NCBI GenBank assembly: GCA_965612785.1
Contig: CBFDTC010000001.1
Location: forward strand, 1 to 54,810
DNA: 54,810 nucleotides
Source: Candidatus Bathyarchaeota archaeon
Lineage (GTDB): Archaea; Thermoproteota; Bathyarchaeia; TCS64; CBFDTC01
Direction: 5' to 3'
The notes beneath the pieces were generated by a model. The model saw only the letters and a program-made list of their open reading frames with translations. It ran no database searches and was not told the origin of the DNA. Shown piece by piece: positions 8,690 to 18,981 of the stretch. The number at the start of each line of letters is the position of its first letter. Position 1 is the first letter of the stretch. Position numbers and translations under genes: made by a program.

Positions 8690-9057
8690 CTTCCAGCGCA
8701 CCCCTCCATGGGTATCAGGCAGAGCATCCTGAGGACAGACCGCCCCTCGTTTCTGAACTGGTGGGGCTCGTTGGGCGGTATGTAGACGACCGTGCCAGCC
8801 TGGACTTCGTATCTTCTACCATCAGCCAGGACGACGCCCCGCCCCTCCAGCACGTACACCTCATGCTCCCATGGGTGGCTGTGCAGGGCTGTGTGTCCTC
8901 CAGGCTGGAACTCGAACATACGCATGGCAAACTTGTCCGCTCCGATCCTTCTGTCTATGAGCCACCTAACCCTGACGCCCACAGCACCCTCCTCGTCGAC
9001 TTCCTCGTCCTTCACGCTTGAGTAATCGAAGACGACGGCCAACCTAGACACCAACAC
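8686..9057 (-). CDS. Cupin_2 domain protein
   Basis: Cupin motifs G.HTALHSHPWEHEVYVLEGRG and ..GTVVYIPPNEPHQF.N are present. A TATAAAAA box on the minus strand lies about 25 nt upstream of the start. Confidence 0.8.
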   Translation of the reverse strand: MLVSRLAVVFDYSSVKDEEVDEEGAVGVRVRWLIDRRIGADKFAMRMFEFQPGGHTALHSHPWEHEVYVLEGRGVVLADGRRYEVQAGTVVYIPPNEPHQFRNEGRSVLRMLCLIPMEGCAGR

Positions 9058-9180
9058 TCGATTGGCCTAACGCATTTTTATACATGTTGACCATCCTTCG
9101 CTGAAGTCCCTCCCGGAGAGGCTCGTGTACAGGGTCGAGGCCGAATGGGACGGCGAAACGGGCGTGGAGGCCTCGGAAAC

Positions 9181-9987
9181 CTAAATACCGTACCTACGTC
9201 TGAGGGCTTCCTTAAGCTCTGCGACGGCCTCAACCGCCGGCGAGTCTGGGAAGCGATCCAGCGGAGACACCCCAAGCCTGTCGGCCTCGGAGACCGAGGG
9301 GTCGAGGGGTATCTTGCCGACCAGGGGTATCCCAAGCTCCTCCACAGATTTTTCCACGAACTCCCTGTCCAGCTCGGATGAGAGCTTGTTCGCGACGGCC
9401 AGGACGTCCCTTATGCCTATGTCCCTCGCGAGCGGCGTCATCCTACGAGCCGTCTCGACAGACTTCGCCGTCGGCTCCACGACCACCAGCAGGGCATCCA
9501 CACCCTTAGCCGTCCCCCTGCCGAAGTGCTCCAGCCCTGCCTCCATGTCCAGGACCACCAGCTCACCCCTCTCCAACACCAGGTGGGCCAACAGCATCCT
9601 GAGGAGGGCGTTGGCGGGGCACATGCACCCCGTACCGCCGGCCCTGACGGTCCCCATCACGAGTAGCCTGACGCCGTCCGGGCCTACTATCCCGAACCTG
9701 TCCACGAGGTCGTCCACCCTCGGGTTGAGCTTGAACACGCCGGGGTAGGGTCCCCCGGGGAGCGCTCCAGTACGCTCCCTTATGAGGTCCGCGTTCTCCG
9801 ACAGGGGCTTCACGTCACGCATGGCGTCTCCGGGTATGCCGAGCGTCGTGGAGAGGTTTATGTTCGGGTCCGCGTCGACGGCGAGGACCTTGAACCCGTC
9901 TCTTGCGAACATCCTTGCGAGTGTTCCGGCGATGAACGTCTTTCCGACTCCGCCTTTGCCTGAAACGGCTATCTTAAGGCTTGTCAT
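9181..9987 (-). CDS. cooC: CODH nickel-insertion accessory ATPase CooC (MinD/ParA-type)
   Basis: Deviant Walker A VSGKGGVGKT, a CxC metal site (GTGCMCPAN), about 268 aa, adjacent to cdh genes. Confidence 0.9.
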   Translation of the reverse strand: MTSLKIAVSGKGGVGKTFIAGTLARMFARDGFKVLAVDADPNINLSTTLGIPGDAMRDVKPLSENADLIRERTGALPGGPYPGVFKLNPRVDDLVDRFGIVGPDGVRLLVMGTVRAGGTGCMCPANALLRMLLAHLVLERGELVVLDMEAGLEHFGRGTAKGVDALLVVVEPTAKSVETARRMTPLARDIGIRDVLAVANKLSSELDREFVEKSVEELGIPLVGKIPLDPSVSEADRLGVSPLDRFPDSPAVEAVAELKEALRRRYGI

Positions 9988-10008
9988 CAGATGATTCTCG
10001 CCGTGCCG

Positions 10009-10050
10009 CCTAAAAATGTGTGTGTCTCTGGTCGGGCGAAGAATTTAAAT
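10009..10050. promoter_or_regulatory. Divergent cooC / cdhD promoter region with two A/T boxes
   Basis: CTAAAAAT (10010-10017) lies about 26 nt from the cooC ATG (9987) on the other strand. ATTTAAAT (10043-10050) lies upstream of cdhD. It is too close to the ATG at 10060, and it is about 29 nt from an in-frame TTG at 10075. Confidence 0.4.
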
Positions 10051-10059
10051 CGTCATTAC

Positions 10060-11304
10060 ATGCATAGTATTGGTTTGTCGGAGAAGAGAGTTAGGGATAA
10101 GCCCTCAGTGGAGGATTCACTGACCGACCTATCGAGTTTAATCTTCGAGGCGCTGACTAAGGGAGGGCTCGAGATAGCCCTAGAAGACGTCGTCATAGAG
10201 TCCGACGAGCTTCACATAATCCTCCAGCAGGCCGTCATACCCAAGCTCGTCGCCCCACCAGTCGTGAAGCGCGTCGAGGAGCTCCTGAAGGTCGAGTTCG
10301 AGGAGCCCAAGATGGAGTGGGTCGGCAAGGTGGTCGAGGTCAAGATCGGGGCGACGAAGGGTGAGGGTGGGACGAGGAGCGCTTCCTACGTCATCGGGGG
10401 TGAAACCGCTCCGCCGGTATACAGGCTCGTCGGGTTGGAGGAGGCCATGCCCCACAGGCCGGTTGTCGCCATGGACGTCTTCGACATGAGGATAGGCCTG
10501 CCGAAGGCCATAAGGGTTCACGTGCAGGAGGTCATGGACGACCCAGCTGAGTGGGCGAGGCTGTGCGTCGAGAAGTTCGGGGCTAAGATGATAAACCTGC
10601 ACATGGTCAGCACGGACCCGTTCATAAAGGACACGCCTGCAAAGGAAGCCGCCAAGACGGTTGAGGAGGTCCTACAGGCCGTGAAAGTTCCCCTGTGCGT
10701 GGGGGGTTCCGGAAACCCGAAGAAGGACATGGAGGTCTTCAAGGCCGTCGCCGACGTGTCGGAGGGTGAGAGGATACTGATAAACTCGCTGAACCTCGAC
10801 ATGGACCTGGACGACATAGCCGGGTACCTGAAGGACAAGGACTGCGTCGTCATAGCTTTCACACCCATGGACCTGGACAAGGCCAGGGAGCTCAACAGGA
10901 AGCTGTTCGACTACCTCCCGAAGGACAGGATAGTCATGGACACCAACACGGCCGGGGCAGGGTACGGACTGGACTACGGTTTCTCAGTCATGGAGAGGGC
11001 CAGACTGGCAGCACTGAAGGGAGACACGGAGCTCCAGCAGCCGATAGTTGCAGGCTCGACGAACGCGTGGGCTGCGAGGGAGGCTTGGCTGAAGATGGAT
11101 CCGTTCTGGGGTCCGAGGGAGCTTCGTGGGCCTATATGGGAGACGCTGACCAGCCTGGCCTGCTTCCTCACGGGGGCGGATTACTTCATGATGATGCACC
11201 CGCTCTCCATAAAGACGATCGAGGAAATCGTAGACTTCCTGATGAAGGGTGAGCCCTGCAACCCTGAGGACATAGCGGACTGGGTTAGCTGCGACTTGGG
11301 GTGA
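10060..11304 (+). CDS. cdhD: Acetyl-CoA decarbonylase/synthase delta subunit (corrinoid Fe-S protein small subunit)
   Basis: Length and sequence pattern match CdhD, and cdhE follows immediately. The start is uncertain: the ORF-track start at 9991 would abut cooC, so the ATG at 10060 or the TTG at 10075 is more plausible. Confidence 0.85.
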   Translation: MHSIGLSEKRVRDKPSVEDSLTDLSSLIFEALTKGGLEIALEDVVIESDELHIILQQAVIPKLVAPPVVKRVEELLKVEFEEPKMEWVGKVVEVKIGATKGEGGTRSASYVIGGETAPPVYRLVGLEEAMPHRPVVAMDVFDMRIGLPKAIRVHVQEVMDDPAEWARLCVEKFGAKMINLHMVSTDPFIKDTPAKEAAKTVEEVLQAVKVPLCVGGSGNPKKDMEVFKAVADVSEGERILINSLNLDMDLDDIAGYLKDKDCVVIAFTPMDLDKARELNRKLFDYLPKDRIVMDTNTAGAGYGLDYGFSVMERARLAALKGDTELQQPIVAGSTNAWAAREAWLKMDPFWGPRELRGPIWETLTSLACFLTGADYFMMMHPLSIKTIEEIVDFLMKGEPCNPEDIADWVSCDLG

Positions 11305-11310
11305 TGTGGG

Positions 11311-12762
11311 ATGCCGTGGAAGGCCGTAAGCCCGATAGAGGTGTACAAGCTTCTCCCCAAGACGAACTGCAAGGAGTGCGGTGAGGAGAACTGCATGGCG
11401 TTCGCAGTGAAGCTGGTGAACTTGGAGACGAAGCTGGAGAAGTGTAAGCCCCTCCTGGAGGAGTCGAAGTACAGGGAGAACTACGAGAAGCTCAGGGAGA
11501 TGCTCAGGCCTCAGGTCAGGGAGGTGGAGCTCCGCGGCTCTAAGAAGACCGTCAAGATAGGCGGGGAGTACGTCATGCACAGGCATGAGATGACGTACAT
11601 GAACCCGACGGCCATAGCCATAGACATAACCGACAAGATGCCGCAGGAGGAGGTCATAAAGCGCATAGAGTTCACCGAGAACTTCGAGTACGTCTTCATA
11701 GGCCGTAAGCTGCACCTCGACGCCCTTGCAGTCAGGTCGGTGACGAACGACCCTGAGAAGTTCAGGTCGACGGTCAGGTTCGTCTCCGAGCACACGGGGC
11801 TTCCACTGGTGATATGCTCGCTCAACCCGAAGGTCTTGGAGGCAGCGGTCTCAGAGATACCCGACGGGAGACCATTGCTCTACGCCGCTACGAAGGACAA
11901 CTGGAGTAAGGTTGGCGAGATAGCGAAGAAGCATGACCTTCCGCTGGCCGTGTTCAGCCCGGGAGACCTTGACATGCTGGTGTCCCTCGTGAAGACGCTC
12001 TCGGAGATGGGCGTCGAGGACCTGGCCCTCGACCCGGGGACGTTCGTCGGTAAGAGGGGCTTCTCCTACACGGTCACGGCGTTCACCAAGCTTAGGTGGA
12101 AGGCGTGTAACGAGGACTACCGCCTGGCCGGATACCCGCTCGTCGGGACTCCCCTGACGGCCTGGAAGCTCATGGACGGCGAGCCGTGGGAGAAGATGTG
12201 GTGGGAGGCTCTAACCGGCCTGACGCTCATGACGAGGTACGCCGACCTCCTGATAATGCACTCCCTGGAGGGTTGGGTCTACCTGCCGATGGTCATATGG
12301 AGGTTCAACCTCTACACAGACCCGAGGAGGCCCGTGTCCGTGGACCCAGGCCTGAGGATAATAGGCAAGCCTGACGAGAGGTCCCCGGTGTTCGTGACGG
12401 GCAACTACGCCCTCACGTACTCGCTGGTCGGCATGGACATCGAGGGCGCCAAGGTGAACTGCTACCTGCTCGTCGTGGACACTGAGGGCATGGCCGTTGA
12501 GTGTGCAGTCCCCGGCGGTAAGTTCGACCCAGACAACATAGCGGAGCTCCTGAAGCAGAGCCGTCTGGAGGAGATGGTGAAGCATAGGATACTCGTCATA
12601 CCAGGCAAGGCTGCGAGGCTCTCCGGGGACATAGAGGACGCCACGGGTTGGAGGGTCATACCGGGGCCCATAGACTCGAAGGACATAGCAAAGTTCATGA
12701 GGGAGAGGTGGAGGCCAGATGTCCTGAGGGAAATACTGGGCGAGGAGCCTTTCCTAAGCTGA
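11311..12762 (+). CDS. cdhE: Acetyl-CoA decarbonylase/synthase gamma subunit (corrinoid Fe-S protein large subunit)
   Basis: The N-terminal 4Fe-4S motif LPKTNCKECGEENCMAFA is typical of CdhE/AcsC. Length is about 480 aa. Confidence 0.93.
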   Translation: MPWKAVSPIEVYKLLPKTNCKECGEENCMAFAVKLVNLETKLEKCKPLLEESKYRENYEKLREMLRPQVREVELRGSKKTVKIGGEYVMHRHEMTYMNPTAIAIDITDKMPQEEVIKRIEFTENFEYVFIGRKLHLDALAVRSVTNDPEKFRSTVRFVSEHTGLPLVICSLNPKVLEAAVSEIPDGRPLLYAATKDNWSKVGEIAKKHDLPLAVFSPGDLDMLVSLVKTLSEMGVEDLALDPGTFVGKRGFSYTVTAFTKLRWKACNEDYRLAGYPLVGTPLTAWKLMDGEPWEKMWWEALTGLTLMTRYADLLIMHSLEGWVYLPMVIWRFNLYTDPRRPVSVDPGLRIIGKPDERSPVFVTGNYALTYSLVGMDIEGAKVNCYLLVVDTEGMAVECAVPGGKFDPDNIAELLKQSRLEEMVKHRILVIPGKAARLSGDIEDATGWRVIPGPIDSKDIAKFMRERWRPDVLREILGEEPFLS

Positions 12763-14619
12763 CTGAAGCTCCCTGCTCATCTTCCACCACCTCGGGAACA
12801 GCTCCCTCTTCCCGGGGAGCACAAACCCGGCCAGGTACTCGTCCATGAAGTCCGCATCCTTCAGTAGGTCGTAGTAGGCCATGAGCTCAGCCACGGCCCT
12901 GGCATCCCTCCTATGCATCGAGGAGACGAGGGTTATGTACGCACCCCCCAGCGAGCCGTTCCCTAGGTATATCACGTCTGCGTTGGTGAACTCTGGTATA
13001 AGGCCTATCCTTACGGCGCTTTCGAGGTTTATGTAGTTTCCGAACGCCCCGCAGACGTACACGTGGCTTATGTCCTCGACGGACAGCCTCATCTTCTTCA
13101 TCAAAACCGATATGGCGGCGCAGGCCGCAGACTTGGAGTCTATTAGGTTGGCTATGTCCCGTTCGGTTATGACTATGTCCATGCCCGTGGCGGACTCCTC
13201 CCTCGGTACGACGACGTACTCGTACCCGTCCACACCTTCACGTATGTACGGCGAGTCGAGCTTCCTGTTTATCTTCCCCAGCGGGTCGATTATGCCCCTG
13301 ACGAACATCTCGCTGAGGACGTCTATGAGCCCCGATCCGCATATCCCCTTCGGCTTGACGTCGCCTATAGTCGTGTACTTTGCCTTAAGCGTCTCAGGGT
13401 CTATCCTAACCGAGCTTATGGCGCCCTCAACAGCCCTCATCCCACATCGGACACCCCACCCCTCGAACGCAGGTCCAGCTGCGGCCGTCGTGGCGAGTAG
13501 CCATCCGGTTGATCCTATGACCACTTCTACGTTGGTTCCTATGTCTATCAGGAGTGATATCTCCTCCTTCTTGTACATCCCGGAAACGAGTACGTCCCCT
13601 ATCGTGTCTCCTCCGAGAAACCTGCCGGCGTTCGGGAGACAGTAGACTCTAGCCCCCGGGTTTACCTTGAGGCCTAGGGAAGCGGCGTTGAGTATGAACG
13701 GCTCCCTCGGTATTTCGACTTTAACCTTAGTCTCCAGAAGCGGGGCCGGGTTCTTCCCGACGAACAGGTACTCCATCACCGTGTTCCCGGCAACCGTCAC
13801 GTCGTATATCTCATCGCTGCGTACGCCCTTCGTAGACGTTATCCTATCTATTAGCATGTTTATGGTGTCCACAACAGCCTTCTGGAGCGTCTTCAAACCG
13901 TCCGCCCTCTTCACGGCGTAGGATATGCGGGAGACCACGTCCTCCCCGTAGGCTATCTGGGCGTTGTACTCCGAAGCTGAGCCGACCACCTCACCTGTGT
14001 TCAGGTCGACGAGGTAGGCGACCACTTTCGTAGTCCCTATGTCCACGGCCAGGCCGTACATCCTGTCCCTCGTGTCTCCGGGTTCGCCGCAGATTATCTC
14101 GCATGTGGGTCTGTAAACTGTGTACGTTACGCCCTTTTCGACCTCCTTAACCTCGACCACACTCGGGATGTGGCACGTGATGCCAGCCTTTCTGTTCAGG
14201 TGTTCCAGAGGGTTTTCGAGGGCCTCCTCCCTCGTGAGGTATATCTTCCTCACAGCGGGGTCTAGAGAAACTTCCGGTAGCCTGACTTCCATCTGCATCT
14301 TCTGCTTCTCGACCCTTGTCTCAGGCGGTATGAACACTTCGCAGTCGGAGAGGCATTTCGTCAGGCATGCCAGGACGTATCCACTTGAGAGTTCCTCCGG
14401 GGTTAGGAGCTTCTCCTCTGGGTTGTAGTCGAACTTTACGTCCCCGGACCTGACGATGACCTTACATTTACCGCATTTTCCGATGCCTCCGCAGACGCTC
14501 CTTATGAGTATGCCTCCCTCCCAGGCGGCGTCCATTATGGTCGAGCCCTTCCTTACCGCCACCCTCCTGCCGTAGGGCTGAAAGGTTACGACTATCTTCT
14601 CTTCAGAACCCTCACTCAA
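12754..14619 (-). CDS. RACo-type reductive activase of the corrinoid Fe-S protein (2Fe-2S ferredoxin domain plus ASKHA ATPase domain)
   Basis: The N-terminal plant-type ferredoxin motif is C.GIGKCGKCKV, followed by a large ASKHA-fold body (DIGTTKV.., DIGTNVE..). It lies between cdhC and cdhE. Its 3' end overlaps the cdhE 3' end by 9 nt (convergent). Confidence 0.85.
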   Translation of the reverse strand: MSEGSEEKIVVTFQPYGRRVAVRKGSTIMDAAWEGGILIRSVCGGIGKCGKCKVIVRSGDVKFDYNPEEKLLTPEELSSGYVLACLTKCLSDCEVFIPPETRVEKQKMQMEVRLPEVSLDPAVRKIYLTREEALENPLEHLNRKAGITCHIPSVVEVKEVEKGVTYTVYRPTCEIICGEPGDTRDRMYGLAVDIGTTKVVAYLVDLNTGEVVGSASEYNAQIAYGEDVVSRISYAVKRADGLKTLQKAVVDTINMLIDRITSTKGVRSDEIYDVTVAGNTVMEYLFVGKNPAPLLETKVKVEIPREPFILNAASLGLKVNPGARVYCLPNAGRFLGGDTIGDVLVSGMYKKEEISLLIDIGTNVEVVIGSTGWLLATTAAAGPAFEGWGVRCGMRAVEGAISSVRIDPETLKAKYTTIGDVKPKGICGSGLIDVLSEMFVRGIIDPLGKINRKLDSPYIREGVDGYEYVVVPREESATGMDIVITERDIANLIDSKSAACAAISVLMKKMRLSVEDISHVYVCGAFGNYINLESAVRIGLIPEFTNADVIYLGNGSLGGAYITLVSSMHRRDARAVAELMAYYDLLKDADFMDEYLAGFVLPGKRELFPRWWKMSRELQSA

Positions 14620-14679
14620 CCATCAACTCCTCCCTGGTGTGCTTCAGAATATTTTGCATAGGCAAAAAATAAATTATTC

Positions 14680-16071
14680 TCAGCCGCCCGTCTTCGCCCT
14701 CCTTATGACAAGCCTCTTCGCGTATATCTTGACGTTCTTCAGCTTGAAGGTCGCACCCATGCCGGCTGGGACGCCGGCGGGAGCCGTTGCCACGAGCTCC
14801 GGTATGGCCTCCGGTACAGCTTCTTCCTTCTCCTCTTCAGGCTTCTCCTCGACCCACCTCTCGACTATCGGGTGTCCCCGCTCCTTCAGGAACTGCTTGA
14901 GCTCCTCCACGTTGGACACGTCCTCCTCGGTGGCTATCTTCCCTATCAGCTCCTGGGGTATGAAGTCCTTGACCTTCTCCAGCAGCTCCTTCGGAGCCCA
15001 GACGACCCTGTACCACCCACCGTCGGCCTGTATGAACTTCGGGGACCTCATGTACTCGATGGATACGCCGTGGAATCCGTCCACCTGTCTCCCACCAGCC
15101 GTGGCGTCCGCTATGGCGCCGAACGTGAGGCCCGTGACCGTCTTACCTCTGAACCCCCTGTGCACGACGCCGAACCCGTCCACCTCGGGTATGTAGAACA
15201 GGGCGGCCTCAAAGCACCCGCAGGAGGTGTGCGGGTAGCCGAAAGCCGAGTAGAGCCAGACCCTGTCTATGGCTCCGAGAGTCCTCTTCTTTATGGCCTC
15301 GTTGACGCCCGTGTACTCACCCTTGACGGGGTCGAGGCACTCACCCTTCGGTATCTCGAATATAGGCCCCTTCGGGTCCACCTTGGCGGCGGCCCTCGCG
15401 TCGAACCAGCTTATGGCCCCACAGTTCGCGTACCTCTGTGGGGTTATTATGGAGACGTGGGTTGGGGCGAAGGATTGGCAGAGTGCGCATCCGTAGAACA
15501 CGTCCACGTCCTCGTCCTTCAACCCTCTGGCCCTGGCGTCCCTCGCCTCGTAGACCTTCAGGGCCTCCTGGTACATCTCCTTGACCTTCTCCGGGTCGGT
15601 TATGAACGTGACCTGTATCTTCTGTATGAACGGCATCTCGCTCTTGAACAGTCTGCATAGGACCTTACCCCAGTACACGAACGAGTTGAAGCCCTTCTTG
15701 AAAGACTTCTTGCTGAGCCTAATCCATATGTCATACCTCTGGTTTAAGTGCATCAGACCCTCGATGTAGTTCGTGAACTCGTGTATCCTACGCTCGATCA
15801 CGCCCTCGAGCTCCTCCTCAACCTCCTTCCCTGCCACCTCGATGAGTATGCCGAGAGGCTGGTAGCGGGCCCCCTCCGGGAAGTCCTTTATGTCGGGCCC
15901 TATTATCGTGACCTTCCCGTCCTCTATCTCCTCCATCTTCCTTGCCCTAACGAGCTCAAACTTGTAAGGGCATTTTGTTCCACCGAACTCGACGTACATC
16001 TGAGGCCTTCTGACACGTTCACCCTCGTAAATCACGCCCACGTCTACCGGGATGTCCTCGAACATAGACAT
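14680..16071 (-). CDS. cdhC: Acetyl-CoA synthase, beta subunit of the ACDS complex
   Basis: Strong resemblance to the CdhC/AcsB catalytic core (..CALCQSFAPTHV.., ..HTSCGCFE.. A-cluster cysteines). An acidic/Pro-rich C-terminal tail is typical of archaeal CdhC. Confidence 0.95.
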   Translation of the reverse strand: MSMFEDIPVDVGVIYEGERVRRPQMYVEFGGTKCPYKFELVRARKMEEIEDGKVTIIGPDIKDFPEGARYQPLGILIEVAGKEVEEELEGVIERRIHEFTNYIEGLMHLNQRYDIWIRLSKKSFKKGFNSFVYWGKVLCRLFKSEMPFIQKIQVTFITDPEKVKEMYQEALKVYEARDARARGLKDEDVDVFYGCALCQSFAPTHVSIITPQRYANCGAISWFDARAAAKVDPKGPIFEIPKGECLDPVKGEYTGVNEAIKKRTLGAIDRVWLYSAFGYPHTSCGCFEAALFYIPEVDGFGVVHRGFRGKTVTGLTFGAIADATAGGRQVDGFHGVSIEYMRSPKFIQADGGWYRVVWAPKELLEKVKDFIPQELIGKIATEEDVSNVEELKQFLKERGHPIVERWVEEKPEEEKEEAVPEAIPELVATAPAGVPAGMGATFKLKNVKIYAKRLVIRRAKTGG

Positions 16072-16611
16072 CTATCCGCTCACCCCCAGCATATCCGAGA
16101 GCTCCAACAAATACCTTTCCCAATCCTCCTGCCTGAGGTTTGGGAAGGACCAGGAGGCGTGGGGCTGGTAAAACCTGTCCAGAGATATCGTCTTTAAGTG
16201 CTTTGCGAAGTGTTTTAGGCCCGAAAGTATGAGCCAGGCGCTGTAGTACCTGAAGCCTACGAAAATGGCCAGGTCGTGGACCCCCTTCCCGTCGAACCCC
16301 TCGAAGCTCTCATCCACAAGTCTGTTCCCCACGTCGGTCAGAGGCATCCACGGAGCCTCCACGCCGAGGCTGGACAGCTTCTTCAGGTAGGCGGCTGTGG
16401 CCACGACGGTTATGCCGGTGGCCTTGTGGAGGGAGGCTGCGTACTCCAGGAGGGTTCCATCCCCAACCTTGACCTTGTCGGCGAACTCCCCGAGGACCAG
16501 GACCGGGTGTTTTGCCCTCTTTATCATCGCGTAGGCCACCTTCGGGTCCTTCATCACCAAAGCCTTCTTGGGTCCTGGTATCTCCGCCCTCTGCCAAGAC
16601 TCAGCCGCCAA
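16072..16611 (-). CDS. cdhB: ACDS/CODH epsilon subunit
   Basis: About 180 aa, lying between cdhA and cdhC. The N-terminal pattern ..AEIPGPKKA.V...P.VAY.MIK.AK.P.LV.G matches CdhB. Confidence 0.9.
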   Translation of the reverse strand: MAAESWQRAEIPGPKKALVMKDPKVAYAMIKRAKHPVLVLGEFADKVKVGDGTLLEYAASLHKATGITVVATAAYLKKLSSLGVEAPWMPLTDVGNRLVDESFEGFDGKGVHDLAIFVGFRYYSAWLILSGLKHFAKHLKTISLDRFYQPHASWSFPNLRQEDWERYLLELSDMLGVSG

Positions 16612-16617
16612 TCCACG

Positions 16618-18981
16618 TCACCTCTTGTACCAGGCTCCCACCAGCCTCTTCACGAGGGTCGGGTCGGGCATGGCTATCTCACCCTCCTTCCAGCCAGCCT
16701 TCTCCAAGGCTTCGAGAACCTCGTCCTTCATCGTCACCGGTATGTCGGCCTTAGTCCTCACGAGTAGGTGCAGGTCGTCGGGGAGCCTGCCGAAGAACTT
16801 CTTGTGTAGGTCTATGTAGTGCGTCAGCTTTATCGCACGACCCTTGGTCGTGTCGCTCGGCCTCATGCACAGCTTAGCTATCATCACCATACACTCCTCC
16901 TTCGTCTGCGCAGAGTAGAACAGGTGCTCCGGGACGGGCCCTACGTAGACCTTCTCACCCGTCCTGGCGTCGTAGACGTACCAGTCCTCCTTCCTGTCCT
17001 TCCTACCCAGCAGCATCCTCCTGTACTTCAGCCCATGCGGACCGACTATGACCGGGATACCCAACCTCCAGAACCCTGCGGCTATCGAAGCCGCCTTCTG
17101 CGACATGGCCCCCCAAGCCACCCCACACGCGCCGACGCGGTTTATTATGTAGTCCGCGATCTCCTCGTAGTTGGCCCTTAGGTTCCTCTTGGCGAATATG
17201 CTGGCGATCTTTATGGCGGCTCCGGCTATGTGCGGGTTCGAGACGCAGGAGCCGCAGTTCACCACGCCTCCAGCGTCGAATACGCCCGGGTACTTCTCGT
17301 AGACCGTCTTTCCCTCCTCGTCCTTGTACATGGCTGCCGACATGGCCGCGCAGCCGGTTGTACAGATTATGTAGTTCCTCCTCGCGAACTCGTCAACCAT
17401 CTCGGCGATGTCTCTGCCTGCTCCAGGGTAGTTGGCGCAGCCGACGAAGGCCACGACGCCCGGTATCTCGCCCATGACTATCGGCCTTCCGACGGTCCTT
17501 ATCTCCGTGTCCCTTATCGCACCCCTACCAACCCTTATGCGGTACTTCTCCTCCCTGAACTTCCTGTCAGCAGCCTTGACTATCATGCTGTGGACTGGTA
17601 TGCCGCGTGGACAGGCGTGCTCGCACCTTCCGCAGCCTATGCAGAGGTCGTAGAGGGCCTCCAGCTTCGACAGGTCTCCCTTGGCGGCGGCCTCCATGGC
17701 CTCCGGTATCGGAAGGGTGTTGGGACATGCCCTCGTACACTCCATACACTTCCTACAGCGCTTGGCCTGTTCAACCAGCTCGGACGCGTCGGGTAGAACC
17801 TTAAACTTCTTCCTCAGCGGTGCGACCTTCAGCGCCGTCTCCACGGCCACCTCTCCAACCTTCCTCGGGTTGAGTATGACGGCCCCGGGAGCCCTGCCGC
17901 TCACCAGGTCTTCCACTATCTCCCTCGGGTCGTCCTCGGTTCTGTCCGGGAGGCCGTGCATGGCCTTCTCCGAAGCGGCTATCAGGGGCGCCCTGATCTT
18001 CATCGCCTCGTTCAGTATGTCCGCCCTTATGCACTGCTCGTCCACGACTATCACGTCTGGTATTCCGCTCCTGATGAACCTCAGCTGCCAGGATATCGGC
18101 CCTATTATCTTGGCCGCCGTGTTGTACCTCGTCACGTCTATGGCAGTGCAGCATATCCCTGCCAGCTCGACCTGACCCACGAGCTTCTTCTCCATCAAGT
18201 AGTCCATTATGTCCGCAGCCGGCGGGACGTTGTGGCCTATGACGAGTATGACGGGCTTAGTCGGGTCCACGGCTCCGAGGCCTATCTCCGTGAACGGCGC
18301 CTCTGGGTCGGCCTTCGGGAACCCGTAGCACATAACCTGGGCGAGGTCCGCTATCTCCATCCCCACCTGGTCTATCATCCCGGCGTGGAACACCTTCGAC
18401 TCGAAGTCTATGTTGTCCCCCTCCTGACCCGTGTGGCAGCATGAAAGGAGGTGTGTGACCTCGGTCTCCAGGTAGTCCAGAATGTCTTCCAGGTCTCCGA
18501 GGGTCTTGGGTCTAACCCCAGTAACGAGCCTGGTCACAGGGGCCTCTATGAACACCTCTGGACCCCAGTCTATCGGGTAGTTCCTCCCGTACTCGCCTAT
18601 CAGGTGCTCGACGAGGTGCCTCGCATGGCTGATGTGGGTTGCAGCCCCTATGCAGCAGGCGAGTAGGACTATCCTCGACTGCTGGGCGGCCATGTCTATT
18701 CCACAGGCGCCCCTCTTGTCCCCCGTCAGGTCGCACTTTCCGAATGTGCACAGGCAACAAACGTCGCAGAAGGGCATGTAGAAGGGCTTGTACCTCTTTA
18801 GGAGCGTCCTGTCCCACTCCCTGAGGTCGGCGATGCCCGGGAAAGGCGTCGGGCCGACGGGTTCCTCCCATGTCTCCTCGAATATTCGGCCGATGGATAT
18901 CTCAAGGCCCTTGACGAGTCCAAGAGATGTCTTCAGCTCGTCTATCTTCAGGTGCAACTCTCTCTTCGACAATAAGACCAC
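16618..18981 (-). CDS. cdhA: Carbon monoxide dehydrogenase, alpha subunit of the ACDS complex
   Basis: 787 aa. It has N-terminal Cys clusters, an inserted 2x[4Fe-4S] ferredoxin motif (CRKCMECTRACP.. and CIGCGRCEHACP), and C-cluster regions. The start is a GTG at 18981; an alternative in-frame TTG lies at 18972. Confidence 0.95.
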   Translation of the reverse strand: MVLLSKRELHLKIDELKTSLGLVKGLEISIGRIFEETWEEPVGPTPFPGIADLREWDRTLLKRYKPFYMPFCDVCCLCTFGKCDLTGDKRGACGIDMAAQQSRIVLLACCIGAATHISHARHLVEHLIGEYGRNYPIDWGPEVFIEAPVTRLVTGVRPKTLGDLEDILDYLETEVTHLLSCCHTGQEGDNIDFESKVFHAGMIDQVGMEIADLAQVMCYGFPKADPEAPFTEIGLGAVDPTKPVILVIGHNVPPAADIMDYLMEKKLVGQVELAGICCTAIDVTRYNTAAKIIGPISWQLRFIRSGIPDVIVVDEQCIRADILNEAMKIRAPLIAASEKAMHGLPDRTEDDPREIVEDLVSGRAPGAVILNPRKVGEVAVETALKVAPLRKKFKVLPDASELVEQAKRCRKCMECTRACPNTLPIPEAMEAAAKGDLSKLEALYDLCIGCGRCEHACPRGIPVHSMIVKAADRKFREEKYRIRVGRGAIRDTEIRTVGRPIVMGEIPGVVAFVGCANYPGAGRDIAEMVDEFARRNYIICTTGCAAMSAAMYKDEEGKTVYEKYPGVFDAGGVVNCGSCVSNPHIAGAAIKIASIFAKRNLRANYEEIADYIINRVGACGVAWGAMSQKAASIAAGFWRLGIPVIVGPHGLKYRRMLLGRKDRKEDWYVYDARTGEKVYVGPVPEHLFYSAQTKEECMVMIAKLCMRPSDTTKGRAIKLTHYIDLHKKFFGRLPDDLHLLVRTKADIPVTMKDEVLEALEKAGWKEGEIAMPDPTLVKRLVGAWYKR

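Noticed and set aside
9991-10059. cdhD start at 9991 (ORF track)
   Set aside because: It would place the start 3 nt from the divergent cooC start with no promoter space. The A/T boxes lie inside this extension.
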